A stretch of DNA of 64,000 nucleotides from Squalus acanthias. Lineage: Eukaryota. Location of the stretch: the NCBI GenBank assembly GCA_030390025.1, contig JASTWF010000340.1:310001-374000 (forward strand). The letters are read 5' to 3'. Numbering within the stretch: the stretch's first letter is position 1; every line of letters begins with the position of its first letter. The position numbers and the translations under genes were made by a program. The notes under the pieces were generated by a model. The model was not told where the DNA came from. It saw nothing but the letters and a program-made list of their open reading frames with translations, and searched no databases. Below, in pieces: positions 1-12,700 of this stretch.

Positions 1-440
1 TTCCAATGCTTCCACGTCCTTCATATAGTGAGTTGACCAGAACTGCACACAATATTCCAAATGTGGTCTCACCAAGGTCCTGTACAGTTGCAGCATAACC
101 TCACGGTTCTTAAACTCAACACCTCTGTTAATAAACGCCAACACACCATAGGCCTTCTTTACTGCTCTATCCACTTGAGTGGCAACGTTCAGAGATCTGT
201 GGATATGAACCCCCAGATCCCTCTGCTCCTCCACGTTCCTCAGAACCCTGCCGTTGACCCTGTAATCCTTATTCAAATTTGCCCTACCAAAATGAATCAC
301 CTCGCACTTATCAGGGTTAAATTCCATCTGCCATTTTTCGGCCCAGCTCTGCATCCTATCAATGTCTCTTTGCAGCCTACAACAGCCCTCCACCTCATCC
401 ACTGCTCCACCAATCTTGGTGTCATCCAAGTCATTGATAA
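1..440 (-). mobile_element. CR1 LINE ORF2 (RT C-terminal) fragment
   Basis: Reverse complement encodes a degenerate RPHLEYCVQFWS / KCEVIHFG-type CR1 RT tail like other copies in the window. Confidence 0.8.
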
Positions 441-461
441 AAATCACAAACAGCAGCGCTA

Positions 462-660
462 AAGAGCCCAGCAGGACTTCATCTGAAGTCGCTGCCAATC
501 AAAGTAGCTGCTGCTGGCCCTCTGACAGTGCAGCGCTCCCTCAGCACTCCACTGCAGTGTCAGCCTGGATTTCAGTGCGCAACTCTCTGGAATGGGACAA
601 TGAACAAACAACCGTCTGACTCAGAGGTGAGGGTGCTACCAACAGAGCCACAGCTGACAA
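462..660 (-). mobile_element. tRNA-headed Deu-domain SINE (SacSINE1-like), 5' part
   Basis: Shares GCAGCGCTCCCTCAGCACT...CTGACTCAGAGGTGAG...GAGCCAC with copies at 53786-54141 and 54935-55135. Confidence 0.7.
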
Positions 661-679
661 TGTAGGAACATCGATTGAA

Positions 680-1580
680 AAATAGACATATGTAGTGAGA
701 GATGATAAATGGATAGATAGAGAGAAATGAAAGACACATAGATAGATGGAGAGGGAAATACAAAGAGATACTTAGAGCGATGGAAAAACAGGAAATACAA
801 AGAAGCAGGTGAGATGGAATCAGATCGAGCAACAGATAGAGAGATAGAGAAAAAAGGGCAATTTACACAGAGAGAGATGGAAACAGAAACAGAGAGGGAA
901 ACTCAGGGAAAGAGAGCAAAATTAATAGAGGGTGATAGAAACAAAAAGGGAGGGCCAGATAAAATGAGAGAGAGATAGAGAGAAGAAGAGAGAGACATAA
1001 AAAGCGTGAAACAGAGAGAAAAACAAACAGATTGAAAAACAAATATAAATAGAGATACACCGCGACAGATAAACAGCGAAAACAGAGAGTTCGATTGGAA
1101 CAAAACAAAGAGAAATATAGACAGAGAGAGAGAGAGGGGAAAATTATTTATGTGTAACTCACAGTGTAGAACTTCTGCCGGTATCACTCACTGCAGCTGC
1201 TCCTGGGAAGTGAAAATGAGAATGAGAATCGAGATAGAGTGAGGCAATGAAAGAAAGATACAAACAGAGAGAGAAAGACACACAGCAAGATGCAGACAGA
1301 AAGTGGTAAAGATGGAGCACGTGACAGAAATCAGAGCGAGACAAAACAAGTCAGGAAAAGATAAGCGAATGGAAATATAGGAAGTCAGGGAGAGAGAAAC
1401 ACAGAAAATGGGAGACAGTAGCTGAATACCGAAAAGTTGCAGAGAGGAAAGTTATAAATAAGAAGGTAAAGAGGCACAAAAGCGTGACAACCGAATAGAA
1501 ACACAAAGAAGCAGAGATTGAACCATGTAGAGGGAGAAACAGACAGAGAGAGTCATGAAGATAAAATGGATAGAAAAGAA
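680..1580. repeat. GA-rich low-complexity tract
   Basis: Purine-rich (GA)n-like sequence; produces the spurious Leu/Ser/Phe-rich minus-strand ORFs. Confidence 0.85.
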
Positions 1581-1582
1581 GG

Positions 1583-2304
1583 ATTACTACCCTAGAGGTT
1601 CTGTTTTTTAATTTGGCCCCTAGCTGCTCATACTCCCTCAGCAGAACCTCATTCCTTGTCCTATCGATGTCATTGGTACCAACATGGACCACGACAACTG
1701 GATCTTCCCCCTCCCACTCCAAGTTTCTCTCCAGCCCAGAGGAGATGTCCTTAACCCTGGCACCGGGCAGGCAACATAGCCTTCGGGACTCTCGCTCTCG
1801 GCTGCAAAGAACCCTATCTATCCCCTTAATGATACTATCCCCTACCACTACAACATTTCTTTTTACTCCCCCCACTTGAATGGCTCCCCGTACCACAGTG
1901 CTGTGGCCAGGTTGCTCATCCTCCCTGCAGTCCCTGCTCCCGTCCTCACAGGGAGTAAGAGCCTCGAACCTGTTGGACAAGAGCAAGGGCTGCGGCTCCT
2001 CCAACACTACCTCCTGGATCCCCGTACCTGCCTCACTCGTAGTCACACCCCCCTGTCCCTGATCATGGGCTACATCTGAATTAGTTAATCTAATTGGTGT
2101 GACTACCTCCTGGAACACAGAGTCCAGGTAACTCTCCCCCTCCCTGATGTGTCGCAGTGTTTGAAGCTCGGACTCCAGCTCATCAACACGGAGCCGGAGT
2201 TCCTCGAGCAGCCAACACTTACTGCAAATGTGATCACCGTGAACATCAATGGTGTCCTCCAGCTCCCACATATTGCAGCAGTAACACATCACCTGCTCTC
2301 CCAT
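1583..2304 (-). mobile_element. CR1 ORF1 fragment (Zn-finger/coiled coil + SGNH esterase), 3'-truncated
   Basis: CYCC..CSKC, heptad LRVDELESELQTL, VVVVGDSII, CLPGARVKD, VVHVGTNDI; homology stops after SRVVI. Confidence 0.9.
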
Positions 2305-2369
2305 TCTATGTAATTAATTAAATGTATTGTTATTTACCCTTTAATTAATTTAAATTAAGACAATACACT

Positions 2370-3040
2370 TCTGTGACAGTTTGATCTGAAACTCTTCACT
2401 CTCCGTCCTGTGGCAGTTTGATCTGAGTCTCCTCACTCCGTCCTGACAGTTTGATCTGAGTCTCCTCACTCTCCGTCCTGTGGCAGTTTGTTCTTTGTCT
2501 CCTCACTCTGTCCTGTGGCAGTTTGTTCTGAGTCTCCTCACTCTCCGTCCTGTGGCAGTTTGTTCTGAGTCTCCTCACTCTCCGTCCTGTGGCAGTTTGT
2601 TCTGAGTCTCCTCACTCTCCGTCCTGTGGCAGTTTGTTCTGAGTCTCCTCACTCTCCGTCCTGTGGCAGTTTGTTCTGAGTCTCCTCACTCTGTCCTGTG
2701 GCAGTTTGTTCTGAGTCTCCTCACTCTCCGTCCTGTTGCAGTTTGTTCTGAGTCTCCTCACTCTCCGTCCTGTGGCAGTTTGTTCTTTGTCTCCTCACTC
2801 TCCGTCATGTGGCAGTTTGTTCTGAGTCTCCTCACTCTGTCCTGTGGCAGTTTGTTCTGAGTCTCCTCACTCTCCGTCCTTTCGCAGTTTGTGCTGAGTC
2901 TCCTCACTCTCCGTCCTGTGGCAGTTTGTTCTTTGTCTCCTCACTCTCCGTCCTGTGGCAGTTTGTTCTGAGTCTCCTCACTCCGTCCTGTGGCAGTTTG
3001 TTCTGAGTCTCCTCACTCTGTCCTGTGGCAGTTTGTTCAG
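2370..3040. repeat. 37-bp minisatellite, ~18 copies
   Basis: Unit CTCCGTCCTGTGGCAGTTTGTTCTGAGTCTCCTCACT with 35-bp variants, head-to-tail without spacers. Confidence 0.95.
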
Positions 3041-4345
3041 TCCATATTTGTGAACTTCTGTGTACTGTCTGTAGAACTAAACGCTACTGTGGAGTAATTC
3101 AGGCAGCGTTCAGATCAAGGAACTTATATTAACTTCACTTCCTCATTCAGTAAACTAAATTTTGCAAACATCAGAGATACCCGTCTTCAAAGTGGGCGGA
3201 GACTAATGACTTTCAACAAACACAATGCTGCAACTTCCCTTTGTGCTGAGAATTTATCTCTTAATCTCCAGCGTTTTGAATCTCAATTTCCACCGTTAGT
3301 GCCTCCAGCTATTCCATAATGAAGCTCGGCCGTTTGTATTGCCATTCTGTTTCGGGGTATGGCAGCATGTGGAGATCTGTAAAGATGCTCAGTGTTTGCA
3401 CACACACTCCAACCAGCTGTTGTCCTCTGTCTTTCAATTATGGTTTTACTCAGTCACAAAATGGAACTTTTCTGTTCTTTGAACAACTTTTTACGCGATT
3501 TTAAAGCCTTAGCCCCAAAAGCTTATTTTGATTCCTGCCGTTGATAATTGTCAATCTTTACAAACGGATATCTGGATAGAACTGATTTAACGGAATAATA
3601 GAGTCCTCCAGGAGGCCATTTTCCCCGTAGTGCCTGTACAGGCTCTTTGAATGAGCTGCTCAATTTGGTCCCACACCTGAGTATTTTAGTCATCGGCCTG
3701 AAATGTATTGCTCTTCAAATACCTGTCCAGTTGCCTTTTGAAACCGACTGTGGAATTTGATTCCAACACACAGTCAGTTGTGCGTTCCAGATCTTAAGTA
3801 CCCGCTATGTAAAATAAATCTCCTCATTTCCCTTCTAGTTATTTTGCCAATTATTTTAAATCTTTGACGTCTGGTTCCCGACGCACTTGCCTTTGGAAAG
3901 TTTTTCCCTTCCAGAGGAACAAAATAAAATAAGTACTAGAAGCAGGCGTAAGCAAAAATGTTTCAAGTCTCTCACCATTGAAAAAGTCTCCTGCTCTTTT
4001 GTTTTACCGAACTCAGTGAATAACTTCACACTTCCCCACATTGTAATGCATTCGCCATTTTCTTGCCCACTCAGTCAAACAGTCAATATCTCCCTGCAAC
4101 TTCTTTGCGTCCCCCTAACAGCTTACTTTCCCACTTAACTTTGTATCATCAGCAAACTTGGATACTTTACACTCAGTCCATTCATCTAAGTCAAGAAAGT
4201 GGTTGAAGAAAATACCTCAGCTATCTTCAAAATGAAATTGGACGATTACATGAGAGAAATGGGAATAGAAAGATAGGCTGAAAAGCTGAGATTAGGTAGA
4301 TGGAATGGGAAGAGATTCTTACACCGTTTAAAAAAACAGCACGAA

Positions 4346-5150
4346 TAAGAACATATGAAATAGGAGCAGGAGTAGGCCATTCGGTCCCTCCAGCCTGTTC
4401 CAACGTTCAATAAGATCATGGCTGATTTTCTACCTCAAAATAACTTTCCTGCACTATCTCCATATCGCATGATTCCCTTAATATCCCAAAATCATTTGAT
4501 CCCTGCCTTGACGACTGACCCTCCACAGCCCTCTGGGGTAGAGAATTTCGAAGATTCACCACCCTCTGAGTGATGAAATTTCTCCTCAAACCAGTCTTAA
4601 ATGGCCGACCCCTTATTCTGAGACTGTGACCCCTGGTTCAAGACTCCCCAGCCAGGGGAATCATCCTCCCTGCATTTACCCTGTCATACCTGTAAGAATT
4701 TTGGATGTTTCAATGAAATCACCTCTCATTCTTCTAAACTTTAGAGAAAATAGGCCTAGTCTACTCAATATCTCCTCATAGGACACTCTCCCATCACAGG
4801 AACCTGGCTGGTGAACATTTTTTGCAGTCCCACTATGGCAAATATATCCTTTCCTAGGTAAGATGACCAAAACTGTACACAATTTTCCAGGTGTGATCTC
4901 AGCAAGAGCCTATATAAGTGCAGTTAGACTTCTTTACCCTTGTACTCAAATCCTTTTTTAATAAAGGCGAAAGTAACATTTGCTTTCCTTATTGCTCGCT
5001 ATACCAGCATGTTAACTGTCAGTGATTCTTGTACAAGGATACGCAGGTCCTTCTGAAGAGCAACATTTCCCAATCTCTTACCAATTATAAAATACTCTGC
5101 TTTTCATATTACAGATGATAAGTTCACATTTCTCCACATTATATACCTGT
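4346..5150 (-). mobile_element. CR1 LINE 3' fragment with tail
   Basis: AAGAACAT..GAAATAGGAGCAGGAGTAGGCCATTC 3' end; ORF GLFSLKFRRMRGDFIE. Confidence 0.85.
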
Positions 5151-8100
5151 TGGACCGAAGGGCCTATTTCTGTGTATTCTATTTAATTATCTTCTTTTAT
5201 TCGTCGTTGGCAAAGCTAGCATTTGTGGTCCCTCCACTAATTGCCATTGAGATCAGATCAGGTGAGGACAGCAGATTTTCTACCCACGTAAGCCAGATGG
5301 GGTTTTATGACAATTCGATAGTTTCATGTTCACAATTAGTCCAGATTTATTTAATTAACTGAATTTAAATTCCCCAGCTGTTTTGTGGTTGGATTTGAAC
5401 TCACGTCTCATCAGTCTTGTTTGACATGGATTAATTGGAATACTAGTTCAGTAATATTACCACGATGCTACCGTTCCCTTGCTGTGTTAAAACCCATCCT
5501 GATTTAGAATATCTCGATTATGTATCCCCTTAACCTTCCCTGCTCTAATGAAAACAATCCCAGCTTCTCCAGTCTCTCCCCATAACCGAAGCCCCTCATG
5601 CCTTGTACCATCCTGGTAAACCTCGCCCGTACCCTCTCCAAGGCCTTGACATCCTTCCTAAAGTACAGTGCCAGAATTGGACACTATACTCCAGCCCAGG
5701 GATATTCACATATTTAGCATGACTTCCTTGTTTATTGCATTCAATGGCCCCGTTTACACAGCCAAGTATCTCTCCCCTTTCTGAACCGCCTTATATGTTT
5801 GGAGAATGCAGAACGAGGGAGACAAATCTAATATGAAGCCCAACTGAGAGATTAGGAGATATTAGGTGGAATATTAAATATCTTTCTGCATTTGAAGTAA
5901 ATAAAATTTAATGCATTCATAGAAACAGAATGCAGCTGTATCTGATATGCTTTTTTTAATTATTTAGAAATCGTATCAAAAAGATTGCCAAAATATATTT
6001 CCATTCAATTTGTTTGATCACATTTTTGGCTCCCATGCACTGTTGTTACTATCAGGGGGTAGGTTCCTCTGTGTCCGAGGTGAAGCACTGCTTAGCTGAA
6101 ACCATAGGTTTCCATTGTAAGCAGTTGCTCTCACTGTTAACATCAGCCTGAAATGTTTTATATCCTTTACTTATCGGTTATTAATTATCTTCCTTATTCC
6201 ATGCAGATGACACCTGCATCGTGATATTTGTGACAGTAATAACATGATTGTAACAGCAACGGTGTCCATTGAATACAAATACCATTCGTTTCAAATAATG
6301 TAGATTCCATTTCCTCCTTCAGTTTGCTCGAGCTGTCGATGTCACTGACATATAGATCTGCACAGTGGTTGGAGAATAATGTTCTTCAATAAAGATAGTG
6401 CTGCAGATGTTCGTTGTGCTCAGCATTTACACCTAAATCTGTAATTACCAATTGCACAGAATTTTGTATGTGAACCGCCAGGATTCTGTTCCTGCATCTC
6501 TAAGCATTTTGATAATTAAGCTCATATTGCCTGTCCTCCTTATTTATCCAAAATCCATCACTTCACACTTGTCTGCATTAAATATCATACTTTTGGCCAT
6601 CCCCTTCATTACCGTTATCTGTATGTCCACAAATATCTCATCACTTTCATTTTAATAGTTGTTCTCTATTTCCCTTTATGTCATGGATTCTCTGAAGGAA
6701 AGCCAGGTCCTAATACATCTCTGCATTACACACTCTCACAATCTCTGCCTTTGTTCTGTTGGTTAGCATTTCAGTCCTCCAGTTACCGCCTCACCAACCA
6801 GTAGAAACAATAATCAGCGATTTACCAGAACAAAACCCATCATAATATATGTCTCCTACATCAGATCTGCTCCAAACAATCTGTCCGGAAATAAAAATTA
6901 ATTTTCCTCTCCATATATTTTAAGCGACTTGAATTCAATTTTATTAATAACTAAATGCCTGAGAATCAGTCTGCTACTGCATCTCTAATAGTGACTTCCA
7001 AAAGGGAACTGGACAAATAGTTCAAAAACAAAAAATACAGGGCGATGGAGAAAGAGCTGATGGGAGCGACTATTTGGAAAACACCTTCAAAGATTCGGCA
7101 CAGGCATGCTGTGCCAAACAGCCTCCTAACGTACTGACAGAATCTATAATTTTATGATTCTAATTGAGGGGGTATTTGAAAATTTAATTTAATTAATTAT
7201 GCGTTTTCAATGTGTCAGAAAGACTGCAACAATGTATTTTCATTCAATATGTTTGAAGATATTCTTGGTTCCGACGCACTTTTCTTACTGTCAGGGGTTA
7301 ACTTACTGTTTATCCGAGGTGAAGCGTTGTTGAGCTGAAACCACTGGTTTCCTTTATAAACAGTTTCAGTCACTGTCAACGAGAACAACAAAAACAACTT
7401 ATATTTATATAGCGCCTTTAACGTAAAAAATGTCCCAAGACGCGTCACAGGAGTGTTATAATAAAAACAAAATCTACATCGAGCAATATAAGGAATTAGG
7501 GCAGATGACCAAAGCTTCGACAGAGAGTCAGGTTTTAAGGAGCGTCTTAAAGGAGGAAAGAGATGTAGAGCTGCCTGCAATATTTCAAAATTCTTTAATT
7601 ATTGGTATTCAATTTTCTTCATCATTCCATGCCGAAGTCTCCAACATTGTGGAATTTGTGACAGTGAGTAAACAGACTGTAAGAAGGTTCGAATTAAAAT
7701 GAATTGTAACAACTTTGGTTTGTAAATATTAGACTTCACTTCCTCCTTCAGTATGCTAGAATTCACCATATCACTGAAATATAGACCTGCAGTGTGGGTG
7801 AAGATAATGTCCTTCAATAAACACAGTTCTGTGTCGGTCCCTCGTGCTCTGCATTTATTCTTTAATCTCCCTCCTTGTCCTATTGCCAATAATCTTAAAT
7901 CTGTACCAGCTGGTTACTGGTCCTCCGGCAACTAAAAATAGTTTTTCCCCATCTACTCGAGCAAAACCCTTCCTAATTTTTGAAGGCCTCTATTAAATCT
8001 CTGCTTAATCGTCTGTTCTCTAAGGAGCACAATCCCAGTTTCTCTAATCTCTCCACTTGACCGAAGTCACTAAGATTTATGCCATCCGTTCATATACCCC

Positions 8101-8551
8101 TGTTGCCTCCCACAATTCCCTTGGACAACAACCCAAGCGTCACCTGAGGATCTCCTACCTCCTAGCCCTGATCCTGAGTCTGTTCCAGTTTCTCTCCTAG
8201 GTCCACACATGCAATTTCCGTGAATATGTTGACCATGAAACCCACCTCCAGCTCACTTGACTTTATTCCCATTGAACAAAAGATCACCCAACTTCCTTTG
8301 CAGGAGCCAAAACAGTTGTAGTTGGGATTGATCAGTCTCCTCAGGTTTTTTCCTCCTCTTGCAGAACTACCATAATGCAGTTTGAAGCCTCCTATTTCTC
8401 CCAGTTCTTTTGCACTCTGTACCTAAATACGTCCCCTTATTTATAGGAGATGTTATGAGGAATTTTAAATATTTATATTATTTTAAGTGAGTGAATTGAT
8501 TTATATTAATAAATAAATGCAAGAGACTGTGTCTGTTACCTCACCTCTAAA

Positions 8552-8930
8552 AACAACAACAAAAATATATTGTATTTATGTAGCGCCTTTAACGTTGTAA
8601 AACGTCCCAAGGTGCTTCACAGGAGAATTATAAGGCAAAAAATTGTCACCGAGCCTCATAAGAAAAAATAAGGGAAGGTGACCAAAAGCTTGGCCAAAGA
8701 GGTAGGTTTTAAGGAGCATCTTGAAGGAGGAGAGAGAGGTGGAGAGGTTTAGGGAGGGAATTCCAGAGCTTAGGGCCCAGGTAACAGAAGGCACTGCCAC
8801 CAATGGTTGAGCGATTATGATCAGAATGTTCAAGAGGGCTGAATTAGAGAAGCACAGATATCTCGGGGGTTTGTGGGGCTGAAGGAGATTACAGAGAGAG
8901 GGAGGGAGAAGGCCATGGAGGGATTTCAAA
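8552..8930 (-). mobile_element. L2/CR1-group LINE 3' end (shorter copy at ~7383-7575)
   Basis: ORF KSLHGLLPPSLCNLLQP..SFKMLLKTYLF; tail GTGAAGCACCTTGGGACGTTTTAC..GTTGTTG. Confidence 0.7.
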
Positions 8931-9669
8931 ACCATATAGTTTGCAAAGTATTAATTATTCAGTATAAATGTATTATAAACTTTGTCACAATGTATTTCCA
9001 TTCAGTATATTTAAACACATTCTTTGGTTTCAGGCACTTTTTTTACTGTATGGGGTAAACTTCCTGTTTGTCCGAGGTGAAGAGTTTCTGAACTGAAACC
9101 ATAGATTTCCGTTCTAAGCATTTGCTCTCATTGTTAGCCTTAGCTTGAAATATTTTCATTTTTTTTAATTCTCGTTCTTAAATATTTCTTCCTTCTTATG
9201 TGCTGATTACACCCGCATTGTGATATTTGTGACAGGGAGTATACTGACTATAAAAGTATCGGTTTCCAGTGAATTCTAATGTTTTAGGCACAAGGGCACA
9301 TTTTGTTAATTGCCTTGGATTATTGGAATGATATGCAAATGAACATCTCGATAGAATTTATTCAGTTATGTTGAGTGAATCCATAACAAGGGGGCAGGAT
9401 ATTAAAACTACTGCCAGATAACTTGGAGTAAAAGCAGGAAGTACTTTCTCACACAAATTGTAGTGTAAATCTGGAACTCTCTGTATTTAGTGTCTGCCTA
9501 CATTATGATGTCATGTTCTGGAGTGGGAGCTGAACTAATAGCAGCCAGAATGTCACCAACTCAGTCACACTGAGAAATGTCCATAAAAAAATGCACGGCA
9601 GTCAGTCTGTATATTGATCCTCGAAAGATATTGCTGTTCAAATAACTGATTCATATTTTCTCTTTTTAG

Positions 9670-9702
9670 TGGTTTTTGGAGCTCGGAGAATCGTTTCTCA
9701 AG
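9670..9702 (+). CDS. Ig-receptor gene 1, signal-peptide mini-exon S2 ((V)VFGARRIVSQ)
   Basis: ttttctctttttag|TG GTT TTT GGA GCT CGG AGA ATC GTT TCT CAA G|gttagt; 33 nt, phase 1-1; completes a signal peptide with an S1-type exon like 59115-59145. Confidence 0.65.
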
Positions 9703-12700
9703 GTTAGTGTCGACGCTTTTCTCCAACATAATGAAATCGTGCAACTAATTTTCAAACTGCTAAAAAAATGAATTTGTTATTATGTAAATTAAATTCAATG
9801 CTGTAATACATCGTGCTATGACGTTTCTAGCAGTAATGCATGTCTGCATCTCAGTAGCTTTCACTCCACTGCATATGAGAGAAGTCTTTGTTTTCTGACA
9901 TTTTGCCCAGAGATACAAGGAAAGCTACAGTAAATCTTGGAGGAAATGTCAAGGTCAATATAAGTAAATAGATGTTGATGGAGAAGATAATGAGATCAAA
10001 GATAGCCAGTTTGTCAGGACCCGATTGTTTCCCCCCGTGGGGCGGGTGGCGGCCGGTGTGGGAGGGGCGGGGTTCAAATACTTAGGTGAGGAAATTGCTG
10101 ATGCGTTAGTCATGATCTTCCAAACTCTCTCGATTGAAGTATTGGCCAATTCGATTGCATTACTTACAGGCACTGTTTTATTTAAGAGGGGAGGAGAGAT
10201 CAACTTTGAAATTGTAGGCCCTTAAGTCTACTTGAGTTGTGGCGAATGCACTATAATCCATTATTAGGGACAGAGTGACTGAGCATTTGGACAGATATGA
10301 ACTGTTCAGAGAGATCCAGCATGAATTTGTAAAGGGTAAATCACGTCTATCGAACCTAGTTGATATTTTGAGGAGGTACCTAATTGGTGTTAAAGGACTG
10401 TCTATGAACGTTATTTATATGGGCTTCCAGAAGGCATTCGACTAGCTGTGCATGCACTAGAAGGCAACGTATTGAATTGGATATGAAATGGTTATTTTGT
10501 TGGAGACAGATAGTAGGGATAATGTCTCTAAACTCACATTGGCAGGATGTGACTAATGCTGACACCCGGGGATCTGTACTGGGGCCTCAGCTTTTCACTA
10601 TAATAATAAATGACTGAATTGAAGCAATAGAGAGCCGGATATCTAAGTTTGCTGACGAAACTAAGTTAGGTGGCGCAGTAAATAATACACACGTGAGCAG
10701 AAAGTTGTAAAGGGAGATTGATAGATTGGGTGAGGAAAGACTGCAGCAGACGGAATTTAAAGAGAGAAAATGTGACTTCTTCCACTTTGGACAGAATTTT
10801 CTACTTGCTAAAAAGCTCGGGAACGTGGACGAACGGAGTGATTTAAGGGCGAATGTACAGGAATAACTAAAATCTAGTGGACAGGTACAGATATTTAAAA
10901 AGGTTAGCGGAATGTTAGCCTTTATCTGAACAGAGCTGGAATAGGAAGCGGTGGAAGTTATGTTGCCGCTGTACAGAGCTCTGGATAGACCCCATCTGGA
11001 TTAACTGCATTCAGCTCTGGGCACCGGACCTCAGGAAGAATATAATGGCCCAAGAATTGCGGTCGGTCGCGTAGCTACAGACGATGGAGCTACAGAAGCG
11101 GAGATTTACTCCTCGGCGCTGCAGAGTTGTGTGCCACGTATGACATCACTAAAGCCAGCAGCGCAGCGTACAGCCTCTGCGTAACGGAAGACACGCCCAC
11201 AAAACCTATCAAAAACTAAGCCACGCCCAGATAAGCCTCTTTCAGTCTCTTCCATTGAAATTATATTTTAAAAACTTTTCAAAACTTCTAAAATCTTCTA
11301 AAAACCTTTAATTAATATGGTGCTTGATCTTATTTCATATATCAGCCGTTTGTTTCATTTTTTGATCCAAACCCACAATCTATTAGTCTCTATGCATTCA
11401 GCTTCCTTTTTTGATACTCAGTAAAGTTCTAACATAATGTTTTTGAACTTCAGAAAGCGATTCTAAACCATATATTCAATGTTAATTTTCAGGATTAAAC
11501 TATGTTATTCAGATCTCATTTAGACTGGTAATAGACACATTCAGTCTCCATGTTATGGAGGCGTTATATTGTTTATTATATTTTTCATTTTTGATTTTAA
11601 ATGATTTTTTCACTGAAATCTCATAGTATTTCATTTTATTTAACTTTATTTTTCAACTTCCCAAATAATTAAAATGAAACTCGACCAACAAAATATTATC
11701 CTGCATGAAAACGTTCACAATGTACACACAAAGATCTTCTTTTAACATAGAAACATAGAAACATAGAAAATAGGTGCAGGAGTAGACCATTCGATCCTTC
11801 GAGCCTGCACCGCCATTCAATGCGTTCATGGCTGAACATGCTACCTCAGTACCCCATTCCTGCTTTCTCGCCATACCCCTTGATCCCCCTAGTTGTGAGT
11901 ATTATATCTAACTCCCTTTTGAATATATTTAGCGAACTGGCCTCAACAACCTTGTGTGGTAGAGAATTCCATAGATTCACCACTCTCTGGGTGAAGAGGT
12001 TCCTCCTCATCTCAGTCTTAAATGGCTTCCCCTTTATCCTCAGACTGTGACCCCTGGTTATAGTTTTCCCTAACATTGGAAACATTCTGCCCGCATCTAA
12101 TTAGTCTAAACCAGTCAGGATTTTAAACGTCTCTATAAGATCCCCCCTCATTCTTCTGAACTCCAGAGGATAGAAGTTCAGTTGATCCAGTCTTTCTTGA
12201 TATGTCAGTCTGGCCATCCCATGAATCAATCTAGTGAACCTTCGTTGCACTCCCTCAATAGCAAGAATGTCCTTCCTCAAGTTAGGAGACCAAAACTGCA
12301 CACAATACTCCAGGTGTGGCCTCACCAAGGCCCTGTACAACTGTAGCATCACCTCCCTACTCCTGTACTCAAATCCCCTTGCTATGAAGGCCATCATGCC
12401 ATTTGCTTTCTTGACTGCCTGCTGCACTTGCCTTCCCACCTTCAGTGACTGATGTACCATGACGCCCAGGTCTCGTTGCACCTCCCCTTTCCATAATCTG
12501 CCACCATTCAGGTAATAGTCTGCCTCCCTATTTTTACCACCAAAGTGGATAACCTCACATTTATCCACATTGCACTTCATCTGCCATACATTTGCCCATT
12601 CACCCAACCGGTCCAAGTCACTCTGTAGCCTCCTAGCATCCTCCTCATTGTTCACACTGCCTCCCAATTTAGTGTCATCGCAAATTTGGAGATATTACAA

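Noticed and set aside
572..1344. Hydrophobic multi-TM-looking minus-strand ORFs
   Set aside because: Translations of GA/CT low-complexity sequence; same for 27821-28147 and the His/Thr ORF at 42470-42898
2370..3040. CRISPR-like 37-bp repeats
   Set aside because: No unique spacers, no cas genes, vertebrate context; a plain minisatellite
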